Of a DNA stretch of 32,000 bases, positions 25,862 to 32,000 are shown one piece after another. Below the pieces are notes generated by a model. It was not told the origin of the DNA, searched no databases, and worked only from the letters and a program-made list of their open reading frames with translations. The stretch's first letter is position 1; each line of letters opens with the position of its first letter. Source of the stretch: Candidatus Saccharimonadota bacterium (GTDB lineage: Bacteria > Patescibacteriota > Gracilibacteria > UBA1369 > 2-02-FULL-48-14); the NCBI GenBank assembly GCA_016699145.1, contig CP064962.1, positions 90,001 to 122,000 on the forward strand, in the 5' to 3' direction. Both the position numbers and the translations under genes were made by a program.

Positions 25862-26335
25862 ATGAAATTCAAAGAATTGGCTTTATTAGGCACCCTAGCA
25901 GGATGGGGCTGTCTGCCTGAAAAAAATGCACCAACAGACGATTGCACCACCGTAGGAGTGAACGGCGATGTCGCAGCGGATGAAGCAGACGGTTTGTCAG
26001 ATGAAGACCTTCTCGCAGAATATGGCACAACTGCCATTAGCATTCAAATGGCCCTATCTGGAGAAGAAACTTCTATTACAGGAGAAATTCAAGAGGGAAC
26101 TGAAGGTGAAAATGGAGACACAGTAGCTTTCGCCTGCGCATCAAATCAAATAGGTTCCTGTGAAATGCATGTTTATAACAATTGTAATAATGATTTTAGA
26201 TGGACAGTAGCATTCAATGAGCCTATAGAAAGCGCAGCTTGCACCTGGTTCGCTGACGCAGCAGATCTTCCTCCCCGCGACCCAACCTGCACATTGACCA
26301 CCGATGGAAGAGAGCTCACTGTGGACGGCAACTAA
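25862..26335 (+). CDS. small secreted/lipoprotein-like acidic Cys-rich hypothetical protein
   Basis: The ATG at 25862 gives MKFKELALLGTLAGWGC..., a hydrophobic leader ending in Cys (non-canonical lipobox). The mature part is very acidic and has 8 further Cys. The track start at 25838 is TTG. TATAAT at 25847-25852 lies 9 nt upstream of the ATG. Confidence 0.5.
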   Translation: MKFKELALLGTLAGWGCLPEKNAPTDDCTTVGVNGDVAADEADGLSDEDLLAEYGTTAISIQMALSGEETSITGEIQEGTEGENGDTVAFACASNQIGSCEMHVYNNCNNDFRWTVAFNEPIESAACTWFADAADLPPRDPTCTLTTDGRELTVDGN

Positions 26336-26358
26336 AGCCACATCCAAAGTGAACAGCC

Positions 26359-26387
26359 TTGAAAAAACGCGCGTTTTGAGTTAGAAT
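26359..26387 (+). promoter_or_regulatory. sigma70-like promoter (TTGAAA-17-TAGAAT) placing the TSS on the ATG at 26394 (leaderless)
   Basis: TTGAAA at 26359-26364, a 17-nt spacer, and TAGAAT at 26382-26387. The ATG at 26394 follows after exactly 6 nt. Confidence 0.4.
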
Positions 26388-26393
26388 GATGAG

Positions 26394-26972
26394 ATGCTCA
26401 AAACAGATCATTTAAAACAAATTCAAGTCGCCAAGTCCCAAAAAAATTATGACTTGATGCTGCTGAGTGCCAAAGAAGCTTTAAACGCTTATCCCAGCGA
26501 CGAAGATTTAAAAGAAGCCCTGTGCGACGCCCAGGCTTATTATGTGAACGAAAAACTGCATTCAGACTTGCTCAAAACTTTGGAAGAAAAAGAGGATTGG
26601 GAAGGACTGCAGGCCATTTATCTCAAGCTGCTTTCGGTCTTTCCAAGCTCCGAGAAATTGCATCATCTGCTGGAAAAAACCAGAAAAAAAATCGAACGCA
26701 GTGCTAAAGAAGCCAAGGAAAATTTCTATCAAAAGGCGGAGCGACAAGTCAAAGAAATGATGCAAAAAGGAGATTTACAAGGTGCAGAAAACGCCTGCTA
26801 CGAAATTTTAAGCAGTGATCCAAAGCAAAAAAAAATACTCAAACTCTTGATTAAAATTCAGCACCGCATCGATAAAGACATCGAAAAAGCCCTCGGATTT
26901 TACTATAAAAACGCCGTTCCCAGCCTCGAAAGAGAGTATCAAGCTCACCAAGAAAACTACGTTCGCGTTTAG
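26394..26972 (+). CDS. hypothetical all-helical (TPR-like) protein
   Basis: 192-aa ORF, Lys/Glu/Leu-rich with helical repeat character. Its 3' end overlaps the purA 3' end by 4 nt. Confidence 0.55.
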   Translation: MLKTDHLKQIQVAKSQKNYDLMLLSAKEALNAYPSDEDLKEALCDAQAYYVNEKLHSDLLKTLEEKEDWEGLQAIYLKLLSVFPSSEKLHHLLEKTRKKIERSAKEAKENFYQKAERQVKEMMQKGDLQGAENACYEILSSDPKQKKILKLLIKIQHRIDKDIEKALGFYYKNAVPSLEREYQAHQENYVRV

Positions 26973-28249
26973 CGCAGCAAAAGTTGGTCGCGTCGTTGCC
27001 CAACCCCCACGTATTTCAGAGGACAGCCAAGCAAAGCTTCCAGTCGAAGCACATAATTTTTGGCATTTTGAGGCAACGCATCCCACGAAGTCACTTCTTT
27101 AAGAGAGCTTTTCCAACCAGGCAAAGTTTCATATTCCACTTCCACGCGTGCTAGGTCTTCGAGGCTCGCCGGAATACTGTCCAAATTGCGGCCATCCAAT
27201 TTATAAGCCACCGCAATTTTCACCTCATCAAGCGCGTCCAACACATCGAGCTTCGTCAAATTGAGTGCCGTAAAGCCATTGAGCCGTACGGAATATTTCG
27301 TCATCGGCACATCGAACCATCCACAGCGACGAGGCCTCCCCGTGGTAGAGCCATATTCACCCCCTGCCTCTCGAATGGAGTCACCGAGTGCATCCACAAG
27401 TTCGGTTGGGAAGGGACCACTGCCCACGCGAGTCATATAGGCTTTCACAATTCCAATATTGTCGCCAAGATCGCGAGGAGAAAGACCGGTTCCAGTGAAA
27501 ATACCTCCAATGCTGGGGTTGGAGGAAGTCACAAAAGGGAAAGTTCCATGATCAATATCGAGCAAAGTTGCATTTGCCCCCTCCACGAGCACTTTCTTAC
27601 CCGCCGCCAAAGCTTGATCGAGCACGAGAGCACCATCCACCATCATGGCCAAAAGCCGAGAGCGAACCCCCTGTAAGACAGCCAATTCTGCCTCAGCATC
27701 GTATTCGAATCCATAATTTTTTTGATGCCACTCCACATTGGCCTTGTACTTTTCTACAAAACTTTCCCAGTGAGCTAAATCGCAAAGGCGAAGCCCACGT
27801 CGATTGATTTTATCGGCATAGGCAGGCCCAATTCCACGTCGAGTCGTCCCCACTTTTTGAGTTCCTTTAGAGTCTTCCTGAGCTCCATCAATAAGCTTGT
27901 GATAATCGAATAAAAGAGCAATACGATCCGAAATTTTCACGCGACTCTCCACCTCATAGCCTTGAGTTTTCATCGCTTCAATTTCTTCAAACAGACTGGG
28001 CACATGCAAGACCACGCCGTTGCCAATCACACACTGAACATGCGGATACAAAAGTCCACTGGGCAGAAGGTGAAACACAAATTTTTTAATTTCCTCACCT
28101 TGCTTCACATACACCGTGTGACCCGCATTCGCACCGCCCGTCGCACGAGCCACAATATCGAAATTTGCACTCAAAACATCCACGAGTTTCCCTTTACCTT
28201 CGTCGCCCCATTGAGCGCCCAGGATAACGGTGAAAGCTTGTCGTGTCAT
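26969..28249 (-). CDS. purA: adenylosuccinate synthetase
   Basis: 426 aa with the N-terminal GAQWGDEGKGK P-loop and the GTTRRGIGPAY and TTGRPRRCGW motifs. Confidence 0.95.
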   Translation of the reverse strand: MTRQAFTVILGAQWGDEGKGKLVDVLSANFDIVARATGGANAGHTVYVKQGEEIKKFVFHLLPSGLLYPHVQCVIGNGVVLHVPSLFEEIEAMKTQGYEVESRVKISDRIALLFDYHKLIDGAQEDSKGTQKVGTTRRGIGPAYADKINRRGLRLCDLAHWESFVEKYKANVEWHQKNYGFEYDAEAELAVLQGVRSRLLAMMVDGALVLDQALAAGKKVLVEGANATLLDIDHGTFPFVTSSNPSIGGIFTGTGLSPRDLGDNIGIVKAYMTRVGSGPFPTELVDALGDSIREAGGEYGSTTGRPRRCGWFDVPMTKYSVRLNGFTALNLTKLDVLDALDEVKIAVAYKLDGRNLDSIPASLEDLARVEVEYETLPGWKSSLKEVTSWDALPQNAKNYVLRLEALLGCPLKYVGVGQRRDQLLLR

Positions 28250-28289
28250 GTGAGGAAGGGTAAATCGCGGCTATTTTAAACAAAGCCGC

Positions 28290-28318
28290 TTGAACTTACT
28301 AGGGAGATTTTCTAAGCT
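28290..28318 (+). promoter_or_regulatory. sigma70-like promoter candidate (TTGAAC-17-TAAGCT) placing the TSS on the acyP ATG (leaderless)
   Basis: TTGAAC at 28290-28295, a 17-nt spacer, and TAAGCT at 28313-28318. The ATG at 28325 follows after exactly 6 nt. Confidence 0.35.
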
Positions 28319-28324
28319 AAAACC

Positions 28325-28600
28325 ATGAAACACATGGAGCTTTATATTTCCGGCAAAGTCCAAGGGGTCTGCTTCCGTTCGCTCACACAAAGCCTAGCCA
28401 AAGAACTCGGACTCACAGGCTATGTTGAAAATTTGGAAGATGGCCGCGTCCACATCGAAGCAGAGGGCACCGACAAAGATCTAAAAGAACTTTTGGATTG
28501 GACCCACCGTGGACCTGACCTTGCTGAAGTTGAAAAAGTGGAAATAAAATGGAGCGACGACTTTGTGGATTATACTGATTTCACCCTCCTTGAACCATGA
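28325..28600 (+). CDS. acyP: acylphosphatase
   Basis: 91 aa with signature GKVQGVCFR and the GYVENLEDGRVHIEAEG motif. Confidence 0.85.
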   Translation: MKHMELYISGKVQGVCFRSLTQSLAKELGLTGYVENLEDGRVHIEAEGTDKDLKELLDWTHRGPDLAEVEKVEIKWSDDFVDYTDFTLLEP

Positions 28601-29148
28601 AACGACTGTTTTTAGGTCTAGAATTTCCAAAAGAACTTGCCAGCGAACTCGAGGCTTTTATCGAACCGTATAAAACTCATTCTGCTCTCAAAGATGCCAA
28701 GTGGATCCCCACCGAAAATTTTCACCTGACTCTCCTCTTTTTAGGAGAAGTACCCGACTCCCTTGTGCCAGAAGTACAATCTTTGGCCCGCGGCGTTTGC
28801 GCCAAAATTCCTAAATTCATCCTGCAGCCCAAGCGCGTGACGCTGTACCCCGAAATGGGCAAGGCCAAAATCGTTTGGACCAAATTCGAACGCAGCCTCG
28901 AGTTTCAAGAACTCTGCTCTGAGTTGCTGCTCTTTTTGAAACACACGCTCCCAGACCTTGAAGTGAAAGAATCCATCGCTCACCTCACACTCGCACGCCT
29001 CCGTAAAACCATCGATGGCAAAGCACTGACCTTCAAGCCCATCGACTTCAGTGGCTTCGAGGTGACCGAAACCGCCCTCTACCAGTCGGAACTCACACCC
29101 CAAGGCTCCGTTTATACTGTGCTTGAACGCTATCCACACGGAGCGTAG
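28597..29148 (+). CDS. thpR: RNA 2',3'-cyclic phosphodiesterase / 2'-5' RNA ligase family (2H phosphoesterase)
   Basis: 183 aa with two HxT motifs (HLTLLFLG and HLTLARL). ATGA overlap with the acyP stop. Confidence 0.8.
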   Translation: MKRLFLGLEFPKELASELEAFIEPYKTHSALKDAKWIPTENFHLTLLFLGEVPDSLVPEVQSLARGVCAKIPKFILQPKRVTLYPEMGKAKIVWTKFERSLEFQELCSELLLFLKHTLPDLEVKESIAHLTLARLRKTIDGKALTFKPIDFSGFEVTETALYQSELTPQGSVYTVLERYPHGA

Positions 29149-29151
29149 TAT
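29123..29151 (+). promoter_or_regulatory. sigma70-like promoter candidate for the MFS gene (TTGAAC-17-TAGTAT)
   Basis: TTGAAC at 29123-29128, a 17-nt spacer, and TAGTAT at 29146-29151, which includes the thpR stop. The leader to the ATG at 29179 is ~27 nt with no SD. Confidence 0.3.
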
Positions 29152-29178
29152 ACCGGCACTCTTTCGCCCCATTTTTCC

Positions 29179-30612
29179 ATGTCTTCTGCCCTACGCGATC
29201 ACCGTTGGATCGCCCTTATTGTGCTCTGTCTTGGCTCTCTCATGATCGTACTCGACACGACCATTGTGAACGTGGCGCTGCCTTCCATCCGCGACGACCT
29301 TGGCTTTTCCGAGTCCACGCTCGCTTGGGTGGTGAATGCCTACATGCTCACTTTTGGAGGCTTCTTGCTGCTCGGGGGACGCCTCGGCGATCTCTTTGGC
29401 CACCGCAAACTCTTCCTCATGGGCTTGGGACTCTTCACTCTAGCTTCCTTAGCGTGCGGATTGGCCAGCACTCAAGAGCTGCTCATCGTTGCCCGTGCCT
29501 TTCAAGGGTTTGGAGGGGCGATCGTTGCCGCCGTGGCCCTTTCTCTCGTCATGAATCTTTTCACTGAACCGACAGAACGCGCCAAAGCCATGGGCGTCTA
29601 TGGTTTTGTGAACTCCGGGGGAGGAACACTGGGTGTCTTGCTCGGTGGAATATTAACCAACTCGTTCAGTTGGAATTGGATCTTTTTAGTGAATGTCCCC
29701 TTGGGAATTCTGGTCTTCGTACTGGGCCTCAAACTGCTTCCACTCCACAAAGAAAGCGGTGCCCCACGTCACTTGGACGCCGCCGGTGCCGTCACCATCA
29801 CCTCAGCCATGCTGCTCGCGGTTTATGCCATTGTGAATGGAAATCAAGTGGGATGGGGGTCTGCACAAACCTGGCTCGAACTGGGGGGAGCCTTAGTACT
29901 CTTGCTCATCTTCATTGCCATTGAACTCAAAGTTAAAAAACCACTGATGCCGCTGGGACTCTTCAAACTCCGCAACATGACCATCGCCAATGCCATGGCC
30001 ATGCTTTGGGCGGCTTCTATGTTCTCATGGTTCTTCCTTTCCGCTCTTTATCTACAGCTCGTGCTCGGTTACAGTCCGCTCTTTGTGGGACTGGCCTTCC
30101 TCCCATGCAACATCATCATGGCCATTTTGTCACTCGGTGTTTCTGCCAAGCTAGTCATTCGTTTCGGGATCCGCCCCACGCTTATGGTCGGACTCGCTTT
30201 GATCACAGCAGGACTGGGGTTCTTTGTACTCGCTCCAATGGAAGGAACTTTTGTGATGAACGTGATGCCCAGCATGATCCTCTTTGGCCTCGGAGGAGGA
30301 ATTGCCTTCAACCCGCTCTTGCTCGCTGCCATGAACGATGTGAAACAAGAAGACTCCGGCCTCGCCTCGGGAATGATCAACACTTCCTTCATGATGGGTG
30401 GAGCGCTTGGACTCGCTATTTTAGCCAGTCTCGCCTCGTCTCGTTCTGCCAGTTTGCTCGCCTCAGGAGCAGAAGAAATGGTGGCCTTACTGGGTGGCTA
30501 CCACGCCGCTTTCTTTGCCGGAACTCTCTTTTCTGGACTTGCGCTACTATTGGCCACTCTGCTTAAAATCAAGAAGCCCACTAAGGAGCCTAGCGCTGCG
30601 GTACATTTTTAG
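29179..30612 (+). CDS. MFS transporter, DHA2 (EmrB/QacA-type, 14-TMS) drug:H+ antiporter family
   Basis: 477 aa with ~14 hydrophobic segments. Motifs LDTTIVNVALPSI and GRLGDLFGHRKLFL are typical of DHA2. Confidence 0.85.
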   Translation: MSSALRDHRWIALIVLCLGSLMIVLDTTIVNVALPSIRDDLGFSESTLAWVVNAYMLTFGGFLLLGGRLGDLFGHRKLFLMGLGLFTLASLACGLASTQELLIVARAFQGFGGAIVAAVALSLVMNLFTEPTERAKAMGVYGFVNSGGGTLGVLLGGILTNSFSWNWIFLVNVPLGILVFVLGLKLLPLHKESGAPRHLDAAGAVTITSAMLLAVYAIVNGNQVGWGSAQTWLELGGALVLLLIFIAIELKVKKPLMPLGLFKLRNMTIANAMAMLWAASMFSWFFLSALYLQLVLGYSPLFVGLAFLPCNIIMAILSLGVSAKLVIRFGIRPTLMVGLALITAGLGFFVLAPMEGTFVMNVMPSMILFGLGGGIAFNPLLLAAMNDVKQEDSGLASGMINTSFMMGGALGLAILASLASSRSASLLASGAEEMVALLGGYHAAFFAGTLFSGLALLLATLLKIKKPTKEPSAAVHF

Positions 30613-30744
30613 CAGAATGTTTTCAGGTTTTTTGATAAACAAAAAACCCCTCAGAAGAGGAGTATTTGCGTCACCCGCGAGTTACTGTAGCTGAACAGCC
30701 CTTGGATATTTTAAGAATAACACAAAGCAGTATAAAATGGCAAC

Positions 30745-31263
30745 ATGAATAAAGCCCTCCCTCTCCGTTGGTTCAACCGCCCCACCGTGGACGTCGCCCG
30801 TGACCTCCTCGGCAAATACCTCGTGCGCCGCTTTCCGGATGGCACTGAGCACGCCTACCGCATCACCGAGACCGAAGCCTACGACGGACCCGAGGACCTC
30901 GCGTGCCACGCTTCCAAAGGACGCACGCCCCGCACCGAAGTGATGTTCGGCGAAGCCGGTCACTTTTACGTCTACTTCGTCTACGGCATTCACTGGCTCC
31001 TCAACATCGTCACCGGCCCCACAGATTTCCCATCCGCCGTCCTCATCCGCGGACTCGAAGGCCTTAGCGGCCCCGCCCGCCTCACCAAAGCCCTTCAGAT
31101 CGATAAGAGTTTTTACGGCAAACCAGCCACTCCTAAATCAGATTTGTGGTTTGAAGACCGCGGCGAAAAGGTGGATCAGATCCTCGCAACCCCTCGGATT
31201 GGAGTGGATTATGCGGGGAAAGAATGGGCAAGGAAGGAGTGGAGGTTTGTGATAAAAATTTAA
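30745..31263 (+). CDS. mpg: DNA-3-methyladenine glycosylase (MPG/AAG family)
   Basis: 172 aa with VARDLLGKYLV, ITETEAYDGPEDLACHA, FVYGIHWLLNIV and GPARLTKAL, characteristic of the MPG/AAG family. Third codon positions are almost all G/C. Confidence 0.85.
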   Translation: MNKALPLRWFNRPTVDVARDLLGKYLVRRFPDGTEHAYRITETEAYDGPEDLACHASKGRTPRTEVMFGEAGHFYVYFVYGIHWLLNIVTGPTDFPSAVLIRGLEGLSGPARLTKALQIDKSFYGKPATPKSDLWFEDRGEKVDQILATPRIGVDYAGKEWARKEWRFVIKI

Positions 31264-31265
31264 AA

Positions 31266-31294
31266 AGGCGGCTACCACTCCGTAACCGCCTTTT
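31266..31294. terminator. bidirectional Rho-independent terminator between mpg and the convergent 45-aa ORF
   Basis: The stem is GGCGGCTAC / GTAACCGCC (9 bp with one mismatch, GC-rich base) with a 6-nt loop. It is flanked by an A5 run (31262-31266) and a T4 run (31291-31294), so either transcript ends in a U-run. Confidence 0.55.
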
Positions 31295-31306
31295 CGGGCA
31301 GATCAA

Positions 31307-31444
31307 CTACTTTGTGTCACCATTGCCGGATTTCGGCATGCGCTCTACAACGTATTTCTCTGGATTCCCCCTTGCCTTCTCAACTGGTACCAATCTTCCC
31401 GTTAGGGCATTGCGTCCAATAAGGAATGTTTTAGCCGTGCTCAT
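31307..31444 (-). CDS. small hypothetical protein (45 aa), below the ORF-track length cutoff
   Basis: ATG at 31444 and TAG at 31309-31307. Hand translation gives MSTAKTFLIGRNALTGRLVPVEKARGNPEKYVVERMPKSGNGDTK. It ends 13 nt before the bidirectional terminator. The composition is protein-like, but I cannot assign a family. Confidence 0.4.
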   Translation of the reverse strand: MSTAKTFLIGRNALTGRLVPVEKARGNPEKYVVERMPKSGNGDTK

Positions 31445-31555
31445 AGGTTTCAGACCTCATTTTTGAATCTCGGGCTCGACCAACCTTCGCGAGTCTTCAA
31501 GAGGAGGAAGAACTCGGTGTTTTATCACGGGATAATCGTACCAAAGAGAGCTTAG

Positions 31556-31579
31556 TTTTGTAAAGAATTTATTACAAAA
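31556..31579. repeat. 24-bp near-perfect palindrome (TTTTGTAAAGAA|TTTATTACAAAA), candidate operator
   Basis: Perfect 8-bp outer arms: TTTTGTAA (31556-31563) and TTACAAAA (31572-31579). 10 of 12 positions pair overall. It lies in the divergent intergenic region upstream of the XRE gene. Confidence 0.3.
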
Positions 31580-31620
31580 TGCAATAAAAACGAGCTAAAA
31601 TAGATAATTTGTGTGAATAC

Positions 31621-31648
31621 TTGACTTTTAAGTAGATCGAAGTATCAT
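31621..31648 (+). promoter_or_regulatory. sigma70-like promoter candidate for the XRE/Panacea-like gene (TTGACT-16-TATCAT)
   Basis: TTGACT at 31621-31626, a 16-nt spacer, and TATCAT at 31643-31648. The first ATG (31653) is only 4 nt downstream; a second in-frame ATG is at 31677. Confidence 0.3.
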
Positions 31649-31652
31649 GTAG

Positions 31653-32000
31653 ATGAATCGCCTTAACCACTCGCTCATGAAGGATTTTATTACCAAGCTT
31701 CGCAAGTCTGCAGGACTTTCTCAAGAAGAGCTTGCTCAAAAATTAGGGTTTTCGCGACCCACTCTTGTTGCGATAGAGAAGGGTGAAAGAGACGTCACTC
31801 TCAATGAACTCAAACAAATATCGGAAATTTTCGACATTCCGCTTGAGATAATTCTGGATCAGGAAATGGAAGTAACTCAAAAAATAGAGGCGCAAAACTT
31901 TAGTGAAAAAACTTTTATTAAGTTTCAGAATCTTATTCTTCAATGTATTAAATATGGAGCTGATACTGATGGGAAAATTACAAAAACTAAACTGGCAAAA
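31653..32000 (+). CDS. XRE-family HTH protein fused to a Panacea (DUF4065/SocA)-like domain, putative antitoxin; 3' end cut by the window
   Basis: Open frame from ATG 31653 (or 31677) to the window end, 116 codons with no stop. It is not in the ORF track. The HTH is LRKSAGLSQEELAQKLGFSRPTLVAIEKGERDVTLNELKQISEIF. After a linker comes FIKFQNLILQCIKYGADTDGKITKTKLAK, which resembles the start of Panacea/DUF4065 domains (...KLxKLLY...). Confidence 0.6.
   Translation, partial: MNRLNHSLMKDFITKLRKSAGLSQEELAQKLGFSRPTLVAIEKGERDVTLNELKQISEIFDIPLEIILDQEMEVTQKIEAQNFSEKTFIKFQNLILQCIKYGADTDGKITKTKLAK

Noticed and set aside
28267-28289. Hairpin GCGGCT-N11-AGCCGC between purA and acyP, considered as a terminator.
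   Set aside because: Both flanking genes point away from it, since it lies in their shared 5' region. No U-run follows on either strand. At most it is a regulatory element abutting the acyP -35, and there is not enough evidence to call it.
30612-30745. A possible terminator (CCTC-agaa-GAGG) or ncRNA in the 133-nt gap between the MFS gene and mpg.
   Set aside because: The stem is only 4 bp with a mismatched extension and no U-run. I saw no conserved-looking structure or repeat that would justify a call.
31224-31466. The 80-aa plus-strand track ORF overlapping the mpg 3' end and the terminator.
   Set aside because: It runs through the terminator hairpin and starts inside mpg. Its translation is low-complexity. 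It is antisense to a better-formed 45-aa ORF that ends at the terminator.
31743-31943. The 66-aa minus-strand track ORF near the window end.
   Set aside because: It is antisense to the XRE-HTH reading frame, which has an unmistakable HTH motif. Its translation (KNKILKLNKSFF...) looks like AT-rich noise.

Overview
This is a compact and mostly housekeeping chromosomal window with about 27 protein genes and one tRNA. It uses the standard genetic code, since TGA serves as a terminal stop. G+C is mid-40s to about 50% by eye.

Gene content, left to right:
- A pentose-phosphate cluster: pgl (5' truncated), then tkt, pgi and tal on the opposite strand.
- A LOG-family gene, typA, and a fused ABC exporter.
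- A secreted M23 peptidase with C-terminal SLH domains, then tsaE.
- A secreted 3D-domain protein with two PG-binding domains.
- A stand-alone membrane-anchored VirD4/TraG-like ATPase.
- aspS, dnaE, a small membrane protein and tRNA-Leu(UAG).
- A protein with sigma-70 region 4 plus HARE-HTH-like domains, a HIT protein, and valS.
- Two small hypotheticals, purA, acyP and thpR.
- An MFS (DHA2) exporter and a very GC-rich mpg glycosylase.
- After a bidirectional terminator, an AT-rich accessory edge. It holds a 45-aa ORF absent from the ORF track and a 3'-truncated XRE-HTH/Panacea-like antitoxin gene, also absent from the track.

The domain repertoire suggests a small-genome CPR-type (Peregrinibacteria-like) bacterium, but this is a low-confidence guess.

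Most notable observations:
1. The orphan coupling-protein-like ATPase sits next to envelope hydrolases, with no other T4SS genes in view.
2. Three 1-nt homopolymer frameshifts (one in tal, two in the ABC gene) cluster within 4.7 kb. No other gene in the window shows one.
3. Promoter-like motifs recur as TTGAAA/TTGAAC-17-TAGAAT. Three of them place the ATG exactly 6 nt after the -10 element, which implies leaderless mRNAs. Shine-Dalgarno motifs are generally absent.
4. mpg and the MFS gene are compositionally foreign, and they are followed by a probable toxin-antitoxin island that is cut by the window edge.

No CRISPR array, transposase, integrase or rRNA was seen. All homology statements come from motif recognition by eye and no searches were run.
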